NCBI GenBank assembly: GCA_029259155.1
Contig: JAPDJI010000018.1
Coordinates: 1-48,865 of the forward strand
DNA: 48,865 bases
Direction: 5' to 3'
Source: Candidatus Methanomethylicia archaeon
Lineage (GTDB): Archaea; Thermoproteota; Methanomethylicia; Nezhaarchaeales; B40-G2
Shown here: positions 9,277 through 20,112 of the stretch, in pieces
Layout: the number at the start of each line of letters is the position of its first letter
Numbering within the stretch: the stretch's first letter is position 1
Position numbers and translations under genes: made by a program
The notes under the pieces: model-generated
Databases searched by the model: none
The model's input: only the letters and a program-made list of their open reading frames with translations
Told to the model about the DNA's origin: nothing

Positions 9277-10833
9277 CTACCTCACCTCCCTTAGGTATAG
9301 GGGCCTCGATCTAAGCCATTCCAATCTTCTAGTATGTAGTTCTCTTATGTCGTCTATGTCTAGGACCACCATCGCCAGCCTCTCTATGCCAATGCCCCAG
9401 GCAGCTACAGGGAAATCTATTCCTAAAGGTTTAAGGACCTCAGGCCTAAACATGCCTGCCCCGACGAACTCCACCCATCCAAGCTTAGGGTGTTTAATGA
9501 AGCCCTCCACGCTGGGCTCAGTGAAGGGGAAGTAACCTGGTTTGAATTTAACTTCCCCAAGCCCCAACGCTGAAGCAAGGCCCTCTATAACCCCTAGTAG
9601 GTGGCGTAAGCTTACACCAACGTCACCGTAAATGCCCTCAAGTTGCATGAACTCCATGGAGTGCTTAGCATCTAAAACATCAGGCCTAAACACCTTAGAC
9701 AGACAGAACATACGTACAGGCGGTGTAGGATGAGTGGCTAAGTATCTCATAGACACAGCGGTGGTTTGAGTCCTCAGTACCAGCCTCCTAGCCACTTCAG
9801 GGTCCCAACGATATCTCCACCCTGTCGATCCAGTTATCCAGCCATCCTCATGTACTCTTTGAACCTTCTCCTCAAGCTCCTTTATCTCGATACAGCCTCG
9901 ATTAGGTTTCTTCACCCTGAAGCTATCATGTATTTCACGGGCAGGATGATCTTGTGCCTGAAAGAGTACATCAAAGTTCCAGAACTCGGTTTCAACGAAA
10001 GGTCCATCCTGCTCCTCGAAGCCCATAGCAAGCAAAACTTTCCTAACTTCCTCTAGGAACATCAAGTACGGATGTTTCTTTCCAGGGTATATGATGGGGG
10101 GTTCAGCCATTACATTGTACGGCTTAAACCTAACAGAGGACCAAAGCCCTGATTTAAGGAGATCAGGAGTTAAAGCTGTAACCTCTAATGGTACCTCAGC
10201 CAATTCTTCGAGAAACCTCTTACCATGTTCTGTGAGCTTAACCTTAAAGGTCGATCGACACTTAGCCTGAACAAGCTTTCTTTCCTTCAACCTGCTTAGG
10301 CTACTTACATAGGCATTAAGCTCGGAGGCTGGCGTTAATCCTCTCCTTGAAAGTTCGCGTAAAACTCGATGATCTTCATCCTCCTCAGGATTCGCCTTCT
10401 TAGCTTTGACTAGTCTTCCTTCGATGCTCACCCATCCTTTACGACGCGCCCAGCCTAGAGCTATGGTTAGGCTCCTCTCATCAACCTTGAGCCTAGCTGA
10501 GAGCTCTTGAGGCGTAGCTGCGCCTCCAAGTGCTGCAAGTTCTTCATACAAGCGTTGCTCAGGAAGCTTCTGCTCAGCGTAGACCCTACCTTCACTAGTT
10601 AGGTCGAAAAGCTCCTCCTCAGTCTTCTCAAGTTCCAATAGGTCTCTACTTGAAAGCCTATTGAGAGCTGACATTAATGAGCTCCTATCAATCTGACAGG
10701 CATGAGTCAGGTCATCAGCTGAGGCCATCCCCCCTAGCTCACTGAGCTTCCTCAATACCTTGAGCTCAAGAGAGCTTAGCCCAGCCTCCACCGCACTCAC
10801 CTTCTCATCGAAGGAATACCCTTGCAGATACAT
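9277..10833 (-). CDS. pheS: Phenylalanyl-tRNA synthetase alpha subunit (true start probably a GTG about 40 nt downstream of the ORF start)
   Basis: FWNFDVLFQAQDHPAREIHD, LRTQTT, YFPFTEPS, GAGMFRPEVL, WGIGIERL. Confidence 0.97.
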   Translation of the reverse strand: MYLQGYSFDEKVSAVEAGLSSLELKVLRKLSELGGMASADDLTHACQIDRSSLMSALNRLSSRDLLELEKTEEELFDLTSEGRVYAEQKLPEQRLYEELAALGGAATPQELSARLKVDERSLTIALGWARRKGWVSIEGRLVKAKKANPEEDEDHRVLRELSRRGLTPASELNAYVSSLSRLKERKLVQAKCRSTFKVKLTEHGKRFLEELAEVPLEVTALTPDLLKSGLWSSVRFKPYNVMAEPPIIYPGKKHPYLMFLEEVRKVLLAMGFEEQDGPFVETEFWNFDVLFQAQDHPAREIHDSFRVKKPNRGCIEIKELEEKVQRVHEDGWITGSTGWRYRWDPEVARRLVLRTQTTAVSMRYLATHPTPPVRMFCLSKVFRPDVLDAKHSMEFMQLEGIYGDVGVSLRHLLGVIEGLASALGLGEVKFKPGYFPFTEPSVEGFIKHPKLGWVEFVGAGMFRPEVLKPLGIDFPVAAWGIGIERLAMVVLDIDDIRELHTRRLEWLRSRPLYLREVR

Positions 10834-10923
10834 CTCCGTGATAATATAAATCTTAGAGTTGCCAAGGATATCAACTCACAGAGCTTAGGAGCTTCATCAA
10901 CGTATTGGCCGCCTTCATAGAGT

Positions 10924-11742
10924 CTATGAGGAAACTTGGAGAGTTTCGAGGCCATGAATCCTCCAGGGATGTGAATATACGTTAAACCTCTTACCCCTAA
11001 CAAAGCCAATCAGCGTGACCTTATTCTGGTCGGCTGCCTCTATTCCTAAGCTAGTGGGGGCTGATATCGAGGAGACTATAGGGATACCCACCCTGATGGC
11101 TTTTAGGACGACTTCTAAAGAGAGCCTACCACTACAGAATAGAAAGGAGCTCTCTAGATCTATGTTCCTTAAAACCGCCGAGCCTATCGCTTTATCCACA
11201 GCATTGTGTCTACCTATATCCTCAGCGAACGATAGGAGCTCAGCCTCGGAGTTAAAGATGGCTGCAGAATGCGTACCACCAGTTTTCCTGTAGATCTTCG
11301 AGTATCCACGTAGCTTAGAAGCTGCTTCGAGTATTGATTCCTGGTTTACCTTTAGGTTAGAGGGTATAGGTTTAACGGTCAAGGAATCTAAAGCTCTAAG
11401 TTTAAAGCCTACGTTAAGCCCTCCACCACAAGTCGGCTTTGAAGGCTTTAGCTTACGGTATGACCTTAACCTCGATTCAATGGAATGAGAAGCTTGCACG
11501 TATATCTTTTTATCCTCAATATCTACTGACTCTAGATCGCTCAGCTTCTCCAAGATCCCCTCAGATAAAAGAAGACCCACAGCGAGCTCCTTCAATTCTT
11601 CAGGAGTAGCCGTGAAGCTGAAAAGAAGCTCGTCGTTAACGTAAAGCTCAATAAAAGCCTCTACTACCACTTCATCATCCTTAACCTCTCGAAAATCTTT
11701 CGAAAGGTTTATCTTCAATATTCTCCTTGACGAGGTCCCCAT
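10924..11742 (-). CDS. fdhD: Formate dehydrogenase accessory sulfurtransferase FdhD
   Basis: TGGTHSAA, EDIGRHNAVDKAIG, SGRLS, SAPTSLG, GFVRG. Confidence 0.93.
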   Translation of the reverse strand: MGTSSRRILKINLSKDFREVKDDEVVVEAFIELYVNDELLFSFTATPEELKELAVGLLLSEGILEKLSDLESVDIEDKKIYVQASHSIESRLRSYRKLKPSKPTCGGGLNVGFKLRALDSLTVKPIPSNLKVNQESILEAASKLRGYSKIYRKTGGTHSAAIFNSEAELLSFAEDIGRHNAVDKAIGSAVLRNIDLESSFLFCSGRLSLEVVLKAIRVGIPIVSSISAPTSLGIEAADQNKVTLIGFVRGKRFNVYSHPWRIHGLETLQVSS

Positions 11743-11880
11743 GTCACTCTAAGAGGAAAACCCCTGCATCCTTTAATGTCTACCTATCATAAACCAACCA
11801 GGTAGTTCAACATTTATGCTATGCCTAAAACTTTTAGAAGCTCTGAAAAGATCTGTCACAAGAAAGAGGCAGGGAACAGC

Positions 11881-13020
11881 TTGACCTACAACGAGAAGTC
11901 TCAGCGTTTCACGCTTGACCCTTGGAGCAGCGACTTAAAGGTAGAGGACTACGAGAGGTTATGTCAAGAATTTGGTATTAAACCTCTGAAGCCTCTCCTA
12001 CCCATGATTGAGAACCCTCCCCACTTCATTAGACGAGGCATAATCTTCGGTCACCGAGACTTAGAATTGATCTTAGAGGCTGCGAAGAAAAATGAGCCCT
12101 TCGCAGTCATGAGCGGCATTAAACCCACAGGCGACTTCCACCTAGGCACCCTGCTCACCATGAGAGAGATCATATATTTCCAGAAAGCCGGAGGATTAGC
12201 GGTCTACTGCATCGCCGATATTGAGGCTTACGAAGATAACAACATACCCTTCGATGAAAGCAGGCAGATAGCCATAGGCAACATAGCCGATGCCCTAGCA
12301 CTAGGCTTAGATCCTAAGCGGGCCTACATCTATCGGCAGTCCAAGGAACGTAGAGTTAAAGACCTTGCCTACCTCTTCGGGCGTGGGATAACGCTATCCA
12401 CTATAACCGCTATCTACGGTGAACGCCACCTAGGCTTATACATGTCAGCCTTAATACAGGTAGCCGACATACTCCTCCCCCAGCTCAAGGACCTTGGAGG
12501 GCCGAAACCGACAGTTGTCCCCGTAGGAATAGACCAAGACCCCCACATCAGGTTCGCCAGGGACGTAGCGCACCGTTTCCATGAGAAGCTTGGCTTCATT
12601 CCTCCTTCATCCACGTACCATAGAATAATGAGGGGGTTGGACGGATCCCCAAAGATGAGCAAGCGAAACCCCATGAGCTACTTCACCCTCAATGAGGACC
12701 TAGAGAGCATAAAGTGGAAGCTCATGAATGCTTACACAGGTGGTAGAGCGACAGCCAAAGAACAACGTGAGCTTGGAGGGATACCAGAACAGTGTTGTAT
12801 CTATGAGCTATGCGTCTTCTACTTCGTCGAGGACGACAAGGAACTCCTAGACATGTATATGAAGTGTAGGCGAGGAGAAGTCCTATGCGGCGACTGTAAA
12901 ATTAAGGTAGTAGAGAAAGTGATTAAGTTTATAGAGGAGCACCAGCGACGAAGAAATCGCTTCATAGACACAGCGAGGAGCCTGATCGAAGAGGAAGACC
13001 AGAAACCTAGCTATCTATAA
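11881..13020 (+). CDS. trpS: Tryptophanyl-tRNA synthetase
   Basis: LDPW, RRGIIFGHRD, GIKPTGDFHLG, PVGIDQDPHIR, KMSK; TTG at 11881 preferred over the ORF start 11821. Confidence 0.95.
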   Translation: MTYNEKSQRFTLDPWSSDLKVEDYERLCQEFGIKPLKPLLPMIENPPHFIRRGIIFGHRDLELILEAAKKNEPFAVMSGIKPTGDFHLGTLLTMREIIYFQKAGGLAVYCIADIEAYEDNNIPFDESRQIAIGNIADALALGLDPKRAYIYRQSKERRVKDLAYLFGRGITLSTITAIYGERHLGLYMSALIQVADILLPQLKDLGGPKPTVVPVGIDQDPHIRFARDVAHRFHEKLGFIPPSSTYHRIMRGLDGSPKMSKRNPMSYFTLNEDLESIKWKLMNAYTGGRATAKEQRELGGIPEQCCIYELCVFYFVEDDKELLDMYMKCRRGEVLCGDCKIKVVEKVIKFIEEHQRRRNRFIDTARSLIEEEDQKPSYL

Positions 13021-13117
13021 ACTGAACTTGGCCTCTACATCACCTCTCCATCAAAGCGAAACCCTCTTATAGGATACGTAGGCCCGAGTACTCTTTGAAG
13101 ACTAAGGTGTTCACTTT

Positions 13118-13729
13118 ATGGACCCAAACACTAAAGCCTTCGACGTAGCACTAGCTGAGCTTTCAAGTTTCATCTCTCAGTTATCATCCTCCATAGATAG
13201 AGAGCAAGTGGAGAAAATGCTGGGCATGTTGATAGAGGCGTGGAGCTGGGGCAAAGTAGTGCTCGTTGTAGGCGCAGGCAGGAGTGGGCTTGTCGGTAGA
13301 GCTTTCGCCATGAGGTTGATGCACCTCGGCTTCAGGACCTATGTGGTCGGTGAAACCATTACTCCAGGTGTGGGGGTAAACGACCTACTTCTCGCTATTT
13401 CAGGCTCAGGCACCACAGGAGTGGTGGTAGCTGCTGCTGAAGCAGCTAAGCGTGTAGAGGCGAAAGTGATAGCTATCACTACCTTCTCCGACAGCCCTCT
13501 CGCTAAATTGGCGGATCACGTAGTGATAATTCCTGGAAGGGCCAAGACCAGCGAAGAAACCGACTATTTCTCTAGACAAATCTTAGGGATGCATGAACCC
13601 TTAGCTCCGCTAGGTACATTATTTGAGATTGCCACCATGATTTTCCTAGACAGCGTCATTGCCGAACTCATGCACAGGCTAGGGAAAACAGAAAGGGAAA
13701 TGCGGAGCCGACACGCCATAATAGAGTAG
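13118..13729 (+). CDS. hxlB: 6-phospho-3-hexuloisomerase (SIS domain)
   Basis: GAGRSGLVGRAFAMRLMHLG, ISGSG, APLGTLFE. Confidence 0.93.
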   Translation: MDPNTKAFDVALAELSSFISQLSSSIDREQVEKMLGMLIEAWSWGKVVLVVGAGRSGLVGRAFAMRLMHLGFRTYVVGETITPGVGVNDLLLAISGSGTTGVVVAAAEAAKRVEAKVIAITTFSDSPLAKLADHVVIIPGRAKTSEETDYFSRQILGMHEPLAPLGTLFEIATMIFLDSVIAELMHRLGKTEREMRSRHAIIE

Positions 13730-13819
13730 CATGTAGGAAAATCTATTTATATCAGAGCAAGTAAGCAGCCTCCACCTAGGAGGGCGCTGTAGTGAGGGAT
13801 CGACAAATTCGACCTAGCG

Positions 13820-15415
13820 TTGAAACAAGTAGAGGTCTACGACACCACGCTTAGAGATGGCGCTCAAGGTAGAGGAGTAAGCTTCTCGCTTCAAGATAAG
13901 ATTAGCTTGACGCTTAAGCTAGACGAATTCGGCGTCCATTTCATTGAAGGTGGATGGCCCAGCTCAAACCCTAAAGACCTAGAGTATTTTAGAGTAATTA
14001 GCGGCTATAGATTATCCAATGCTAAGGTAGTAGCCTTTACAAGTACACGTAGGAAAGACATTAAGGTTGAGGAAGACCCCAACCTAAACGAGGTGCTTCG
14101 TAGCGGAGTGGAAGTAGCCACTGTTGTCGGTAGTAGTTCTCAGTTCCACGTTGAGAAAGTCCTTAAAACCAGCTTAGAAAACAACCTTGAAATGATCTAC
14201 GATACCATAAAGTACCTTGAAAGTCATGGACTTAAAGTGGTGTTCGACGCCGAGCACTTCTATGATGGCTTTAAGGCCAACCCCTTCTATGCCTTAAAGG
14301 CCGTTAAAGCCGCTGAGGAAGCTGGAGCCTTCAGAATAGTGCTCTGCGATACAAATGGTGGAAGCCTACCTCACGAAGTACAAGAAGTGACTAGGAAAGT
14401 AAAGGGGGAGGTTAAAGCGGCTCTAGGGGTTCACTGCCACAACGACGCAGGGATGGCTGTAGCCAATACTTTAGCCGCAGTCATGGCAGGTGCCATACAG
14501 GTTCAAGGAACCATAAACGGCTTCGGTGAGCGTTGCGGTAATGCAGACCTATGCCAGGTCATACCCGCGCTCGAGCTTAAATTAGGGATTAAAGCATTAG
14601 CGGTGGATAAGCCAATAGATGAAAGACTAAAAGGATTAACTAAGCTCTCTGCATATGTCTATGAGCTAGCTCATGTCCCACCAAACCCCTACCAGCCTTA
14701 CGTGGGCGAGTACGCCTTTGCCCATAAAGCAGGAATACACATAGATGCTGTGATGAAAGCTTTCAGTGCATATGAACATGTTAACCCAGAGCTTGTGGGC
14801 AACCGCCGTTTAATAACCGCCTCTGAAGTAGTTGGCAAGGCAGGCGTGGTGAGCAAGGCTAGAGAGATGGGGCTTCCTCTAAGCGAGAACGATCCAGCAG
14901 CACTAAATATCCTTAAGGAAATCAAGGACCTAGAATATCAAGGATACCAGTTAGAGAACGCTGACGCTACTCTCTATCTCATAATGCTCAAACATATGGG
15001 AATTTACGAAGAATTCTTCAAAGTTCTAGCGTGGAGAACAGTAACCGAAGCCAAAAACAACGAGGTAGTTGCAGAGTGCTCGGTCAAAGTTAAGGTAGGT
15101 GCTGAGATCATGCATGATATATCAGAGGGCCTAGGCCCAGTTCACGCCCAGGACCTAGCGATTCGGAAAGCACTATCAAAAACCTATCCTGAAGCTCTAA
15201 ACGTTCAACTCGTCAACTATAAGGTATCAGTAATAGACAGCGGAATGGGCACTGCGTCAAAAGTAAGGGTATTCATCGAGTTTAGCGACGGCAACCGTAC
15301 TTGGGGCACCGTAGGAGTATCTACTAACGTACTCGAAGCTAGCAAGAAAGCACTAGCCGACGGCTACGATTACTACTTACAGCTAATGAGAAATCCTTGG
15401 TTAAAACTTCTCTAG
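13820..15415 (+). CDS. cimA: Citramalate synthase (LeuA/CimA family)
   Basis: DTTLRDGAQG, IEGGWPSSNPKD, FDAEHFYDG, LCDTNGG, HCHND, GERCGNA. Confidence 0.9.
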   Translation: MKQVEVYDTTLRDGAQGRGVSFSLQDKISLTLKLDEFGVHFIEGGWPSSNPKDLEYFRVISGYRLSNAKVVAFTSTRRKDIKVEEDPNLNEVLRSGVEVATVVGSSSQFHVEKVLKTSLENNLEMIYDTIKYLESHGLKVVFDAEHFYDGFKANPFYALKAVKAAEEAGAFRIVLCDTNGGSLPHEVQEVTRKVKGEVKAALGVHCHNDAGMAVANTLAAVMAGAIQVQGTINGFGERCGNADLCQVIPALELKLGIKALAVDKPIDERLKGLTKLSAYVYELAHVPPNPYQPYVGEYAFAHKAGIHIDAVMKAFSAYEHVNPELVGNRRLITASEVVGKAGVVSKAREMGLPLSENDPAALNILKEIKDLEYQGYQLENADATLYLIMLKHMGIYEEFFKVLAWRTVTEAKNNEVVAECSVKVKVGAEIMHDISEGLGPVHAQDLAIRKALSKTYPEALNVQLVNYKVSVIDSGMGTASKVRVFIEFSDGNRTWGTVGVSTNVLEASKKALADGYDYYLQLMRNPWLKLL

Positions 15416-15721
15416 TAAAGACAGCTCAACCACAAATAAAACTAGCATGCAGATCAACAAAAATTCTATTCAGCATTTCTAAGGCCGAACGTTTCATTGA
15501 AATACATTAGAACGGGGAGGTAGGGCCCCCCTATTCATCCTCAGCCGTTCGGCAGCGTTGTAGGAGGGAAACAGGCATTTGTAAAGTGTCCAGCAGGAGG
15601 TATTTTAGGTTTACACGCCTCAATTTAGAGCCTTAGCCCACCTTGACGATAAGGTTTAATTGATCCACCTCGACTCCTTAAGCTAGGCCTCCCGTAGCGG
15701 TTTTTAAGGAGGGTTTAAGGC

Positions 15722-17098
15722 TTGTCCGAGATCGTTAAGACAGGAATTGAAGGTTTTGATGAGGCTTTCGGAGGGTTCTGTAAAGGACAGGTCATAATGG
15801 TGCTGGGCAACGCAGGCAGCGGTAAGACCACGTTCTGTGCAAAGTTTCTCTATGAAGGAGCCAGGAAGTTTAAGGAGCCAGGAGTGTTCATCAACACCAT
15901 CGAGAACAAGAAGGAGTTTTACGAGTACATGAAGGAGCTAGGCATGGACTTCGAGAGTCTCGAGAGAGAAGGGTTGTTTAGGTACGTGGAAATATTGACG
16001 CCCACGTCAAAGGACGCGTTGATGAACCTCTCAAAGGAATTGACCAAGCATGCGATAGAGTGCAACGCGAAGAGGATAGTCGTGGACTCCATAACACCTA
16101 TATTCATGCTAGGACCATCCATAGAGGCCAGAGCAATACTACATAATGCCCTAAAAACCCTCGTAAGGGAGCTAGGCGCCGTGCTACTCATAACTGGCGA
16201 GATGCCGCTAGGCAATGAGAGGATAGGCCACGGAGTTGAGGAATTCGTCGTCGACGGTATTATAAAGCTGAAGCTTGAAGTACCTGAGGCAGGAGCCCCA
16301 AGGAGGATCATGGAGGTCTTAAAGCTAAGAGGACGTCCGCTCAGTAGAGCCTTCTACGACTTCGAGATAGGTGCACCAACAGGCTTCAAGGTATACCTAT
16401 CAGGAGTCCTAGAGGAGCTTGAATCCAGCATAAACCTAGAGGATAGGATAAACACTGGAGTCGAGGGAATCGATGAAATGCTGGGCGGAGGTTTGGTAAG
16501 GAACACCTCAACGCTAATAGTGGGACCGCCCGGCTCAGGGAAAACTCTCTTCATGTTAACTTTAGCAGCGGAGAACACATTGAAGGGAGAAAGGGTGGCT
16601 TTCATCACCTTCGAGGAGCCGAGACAACAGATCTACGCTACCTTAAAGTTTCTCCGCTACGACCCAGACGAACTTGAGAGGAAGGGGCTTAGGGTCTTAA
16701 GTCTAAACCCTAGAGCCATCACCATGAGGGCCTTCTACGACGTTGTTCAGGGCTTTAGTAGGCTAAGCGAAGGCAAAGGTTCACTGCTAATAGTGGACGG
16801 CATAAATTCACTTAGAAAAGAGTTCGGAGTCAACTTCCATAGAGTCGTGAGGGACCTTGTGCTTCAAGCCAAGAAAGCGGAGGTCACCGTCATATTCTCG
16901 ATTCTAAAGGAGAGAGAAGCCACAAGCAAGGAAGCCTTAACTTACCTAAGCACCTTAGCAGACAACATCATAGAGTTCAGAGTCGCCGAAAAGGAGAGAG
17001 TGAGAAGGGAGGTCTTCGTGCTCAAGGCGAGGATGAGTTCGATATCCACCGAGATACGTGAGCTTGAGCTTAAGGAAGGCAGGCTTAAGGTTAGGTGA
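15722..17098 (+). CDS. KaiC-like tandem RecA-fold ATPase
   Basis: Two domains each beginning TG(I/V)EG.DE..GG; Walker A GNAGSGKT and GPPGSGKT; C-domain YLSTLADNII, LKAR. Confidence 0.88.
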   Translation: MSEIVKTGIEGFDEAFGGFCKGQVIMVLGNAGSGKTTFCAKFLYEGARKFKEPGVFINTIENKKEFYEYMKELGMDFESLEREGLFRYVEILTPTSKDALMNLSKELTKHAIECNAKRIVVDSITPIFMLGPSIEARAILHNALKTLVRELGAVLLITGEMPLGNERIGHGVEEFVVDGIIKLKLEVPEAGAPRRIMEVLKLRGRPLSRAFYDFEIGAPTGFKVYLSGVLEELESSINLEDRINTGVEGIDEMLGGGLVRNTSTLIVGPPGSGKTLFMLTLAAENTLKGERVAFITFEEPRQQIYATLKFLRYDPDELERKGLRVLSLNPRAITMRAFYDVVQGFSRLSEGKGSLLIVDGINSLRKEFGVNFHRVVRDLVLQAKKAEVTVIFSILKEREATSKEALTYLSTLADNIIEFRVAEKERVRREVFVLKARMSSISTEIRELELKEGRLKVR

Positions 17099-17535
17099 GC
17101 GGTATGGCTGAGAGCGAGAAGTTCATAAAGGAACTCATGGAGGAGTTCGAGAACAGGGGGTTCATGGTCAATAGGCGAGGCTTCATAGAGGGCATCTCAG
17201 GCATCAGACACTACTTTGACATCATCCTAGAGGACCCAAAGAGCGGGAGAAAAATAGCCTTCTCGTTGACCGACAGGATAAGGTACGAACACGTCTTATC
17301 CATACTGGCCATGAGGATAGATTCAGACACCCCCCACGTCATAGTCGCTAACGAGGTCGAACCCAGCATAGAGGAACTTCTAAGGAAATACAACGTGTTC
17401 ACTATATCTTTCAATCGGCCCAAGTTCTCCATGTTAATGAGCCTACCCACCAAGGACATCAAGCAGTTCACCAAGATGGTTACCAGCGAAATCTTAAGGT
17501 TCCTATCAACAATAAGTGGAGGAAGTGTTACGTGA
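17095..17535 (+). CDS. Hypothetical protein with restriction-endonuclease-like fold (probably inactive)
   Basis: Overlaps both neighbours; 'GISGIRHYFDI' resembles the archaeal Mrr-like motif but no clear E-x-K. Confidence 0.5.
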   Translation: MSGMAESEKFIKELMEEFENRGFMVNRRGFIEGISGIRHYFDIILEDPKSGRKIAFSLTDRIRYEHVLSILAMRIDSDTPHVIVANEVEPSIEELLRKYNVFTISFNRPKFSMLMSLPTKDIKQFTKMVTSEILRFLSTISGGSVT

Positions 17536-18335
17536 AGGAGAAGCCTTTAGCCATAAACTCGTTCCTCGAAGGGGAGCACGTGCGTGGATACTACGTGGAG
17601 GCAGTAGATAAGCCCGGCGTGTTATGGAGCATACTCGACGTGTTCAGAAAACATGAGGTCAACGTTTTATCCATCAACTTCTCGCCGACCTCTAAATCAG
17701 AGAGAGTAGGCTTACTGTTCATAGTGGCTGACTTAAAAGGAGCAGAAGGCCTAGAGGAGAAGATCTTAAAGGAGCTACGAGATACTCAGGACGTCTTAAA
17801 CGTCGAGCTAGAGAAACCTCAATATTTCGGCATATTAGCCGACCACCTCCACTTCCCCCTAGTGGACGGAAATGGACGTAGATGCCTATTAACCTCCGAG
17901 AAGGAGTACGAGTACACCTTGAAATTGATAAGGGAGAGACTTGGAAGCCCAGGGTTAGCCCTGCTCTACCATGAAGGTAGAGCTATAGGTTCAGGCTATG
18001 CCAAGCTATTCGCGGAACTAGGCATAGAGAACCTAAAAGACCTCATCACGCTCTTCTTAATCTACATAAGAGGATACGGAATACTTAAAGGAGAATTAGT
18101 GGAATGCTCATTCGATCAATCAGCGAGGAAAGGTAAGATCATAGTTAGGGCCTATAGGTTATGGGAGTGCGAAGCTGCTAAGAAAGCCGGCATTAATGAA
18201 CCGTCAAGTCATAAGACCCGAGGGGTACTGGCGGGGTTAATTGAAGATTACGTCAAGGCTAGGGTTCACGTCCGCGAAGTAAAATGCATAGCTAAAGGAG
18301 ACCCCTACTGCGAGTTTCTAGCGGAAATAGGTTAG
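17532..18335 (+). CDS. ACT domain + V4R domain protein
   Basis: N-terminal DKPGVLWSILDVF (ACT); C-terminal ECE...EVKCIAKGDPYCEF (V4R). Confidence 0.85.
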   Translation: MKEKPLAINSFLEGEHVRGYYVEAVDKPGVLWSILDVFRKHEVNVLSINFSPTSKSERVGLLFIVADLKGAEGLEEKILKELRDTQDVLNVELEKPQYFGILADHLHFPLVDGNGRRCLLTSEKEYEYTLKLIRERLGSPGLALLYHEGRAIGSGYAKLFAELGIENLKDLITLFLIYIRGYGILKGELVECSFDQSARKGKIIVRAYRLWECEAAKKAGINEPSSHKTRGVLAGLIEDYVKARVHVREVKCIAKGDPYCEFLAEIG

Positions 18336-18336
18336 C

Positions 18337-18398
18337 AAGGTCAGCTTTTGCGCCGTTACCTCACCTTTTCAGTGTGGGCAACAGCCGCATCATCCCCC
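18337..18398 (-). ncRNA. Box C/D sRNA (2'-O-methylation guide)
   Basis: Minus strand: GG-ATGATG(C)-guide-CTGA-aaag-GTGAGG(T)-guide-CTGA-CC, i.e. C, D', C', D boxes with 13-15 nt guides. Confidence 0.7.
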
Positions 18399-18663
18399 AG
18401 GCTTACGCGTAGCGGAAAGCTCACCCTGCGCGGGTCAGTAATCGAAGAAAAACTGCTTTTTAAGTTACCTACATAGACTTAAGCTCAGCACACATGACCT
18501 TAATCCTATCCTTCTCCAAGGCCGTCTGCAAGCTTATGGTCTCTAACCAGCTTCAAACTTCACCTTACTAAACATCAAACTAGAACTTGTAGAAGACTCA
18601 GAAGAGTAAAGTTATCATCAGGATAAAAAACTCGATGATAACAAAATAGTGAAAAGTTTAAGA

Positions 18664-20112
18664 TTACTTCTCAATCTCGCCCACAACAGCCTCTGCAGGA
18701 ATCACGCCGCGCTTACGCTGCTCATAGTAGTCACGGAGCTTCTTAATCATATCAGGATCAATACGCTTCCACTCACTCTCAGGGATAAACTCGCTCAATA
18801 AGTCGAGGGCAATGCCGATAGTCGTGTCAAGGTCACGGTTCTCATAAACACCCTGATTAATATAACGCTTCTCAAACGCGTCAGCGAACGCCAAATAAGC
18901 ACGGTCACGCTCACTGATTGCCTCCTCACCAACCACCGCTACCAAGCTACGGAGATCCATACCCTCGCTATAACAGTAATAAAGCTGATCACTCACAGGC
19001 ATATGCCATGGCCTTGTATAACGAGTAGCCTCCTTCATCAACCGGCTAAGCGAAGGCAACGGGTTCAACGGCGGATAAATGCCCTTCCTATGAAGCTCAC
19101 GACTCAAGATCAGCTGGCCTTCAGTTATGTACCCGGTCAAGTCCACCACCGGGTGGGTGATATCGCCGCCTGGCATGGTTACGACTGGCATGAGCGTGAT
19201 GGTTCCTTTGCGTCCTTGGATACGTCCGCATCGTTCGTATACTTGGGCTAAAGCGGTGTATAGGTAGCCTGGGTAGCCTCGGCGCCCTGGTACTTCTGCA
19301 CGTGCGGCGCTGATTTCTCGTAGTGCTTCTCCGAAGTTTAGCATGTCGGTTAAGATGACAAGTACGTGCATGTCGTAGGTATAGGCTAGGGCTTCGGCTG
19401 TGGTTAGGGCTACGTGTGGGGTTACAATACGTTCGATGGCTGGATCTTCGGCTAGGTTGAGGAAAGTTACGAGCCTCTCTACGGCGCCTGTCTTCTCAAA
19501 CTCGTTCTTGAAGAACATGGCTTCTTCAGCGGTTACGCCCAGGGCGGCGAAGACAATGGCAAATTCCTCGGCTTTGCCTGGGATGGTGGCTTGCCTGGCG
19601 ATTTGAGCAGCTAGGACGTTGTGAGGCAGTCCAGACTCAGTGAATATTGGTAGCTTTTGGCCTCGGCTTAGGGTGTTCATGCCATCGATGGTGGAAATAC
19701 CTGTCTGGATGAATTCACGTGGATATTCACGTGCATATGGGTTGATGGGTGCTCCGTAGACGTCGAGGGTTTCGTCGGGTATGATTGGTGGGCCACCATC
19801 GATGGGAGTCCCCTTGCCGTCAAAGATCCTACCCACCATTTCAGCGCCTACGGGGACTTTGAGTGTGTCTCCTAGGAATGTGACGCTGGTTCCTTCTAGA
19901 TCTAGCCCTCGGGTGCCTTCGAAGACCTGGACGACGGCGTAGCCGTCGGCGGCTTCGAGGACGACACCTGTTCTTATCTCGCCAGTGGCTGTTTCCACGC
20001 GGACGAGCTCGTTATACATGGCGTCTTTAACGGCCCTTATGATCAAGAGAGGGCCGCTGACGTCCGAGATGGTTTTGAACTTGCGCGCAGACTTGATGAA
20101 AGCTGAGCTCAT
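18664..20112 (-). CDS. atpB: A/V-type ATP synthase subunit B
   Basis: [55 protein letters not shown]. Confidence 0.97.
   Translation of the reverse strand: MSSAFIKSARKFKTISDVSGPLLIIRAVKDAMYNELVRVETATGEIRTGVVLEAADGYAVVQVFEGTRGLDLEGTSVTFLGDTLKVPVGAEMVGRIFDGKGTPIDGGPPIIPDETLDVYGAPINPYAREYPREFIQTGISTIDGMNTLSRGQKLPIFTESGLPHNVLAAQIARQATIPGKAEEFAIVFAALGVTAEEAMFFKNEFEKTGAVERLVTFLNLAEDPAIERIVTPHVALTTAEALAYTYDMHVLVILTDMLNFGEALREISAARAEVPGRRGYPGYLYTALAQVYERCGRIQGRKGTITLMPVVTMPGGDITHPVVDLTGYITEGQLILSRELHRKGIYPPLNPLPSLSRLMKEATRYTRPWHMPVSDQLYYCYSEGMDLRSLVAVVGEEAISERDRAYLAFADAFEKRYINQGVYENRDLDTTIGIALDLLSEFIPESEWKRIDPDMIKKLRDYYEQRKRGVIPAEAVVGEIEK

Noticed and set aside
10870-10920. Possible box C/D sRNA between fdhD and pheS (minus strand ATGAAGG...TTGA TGAAG...CTGT)
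   Set aside because: All boxes degenerate; too weak to call without expression data
15510-15550. Hairpin GAACGG...CCGTTC with CTGA/ATGA on the minus strand between cimA and the KaiC-like gene
   Set aside because: Incomplete C/D or H/ACA signature; may be a terminator or chance structure
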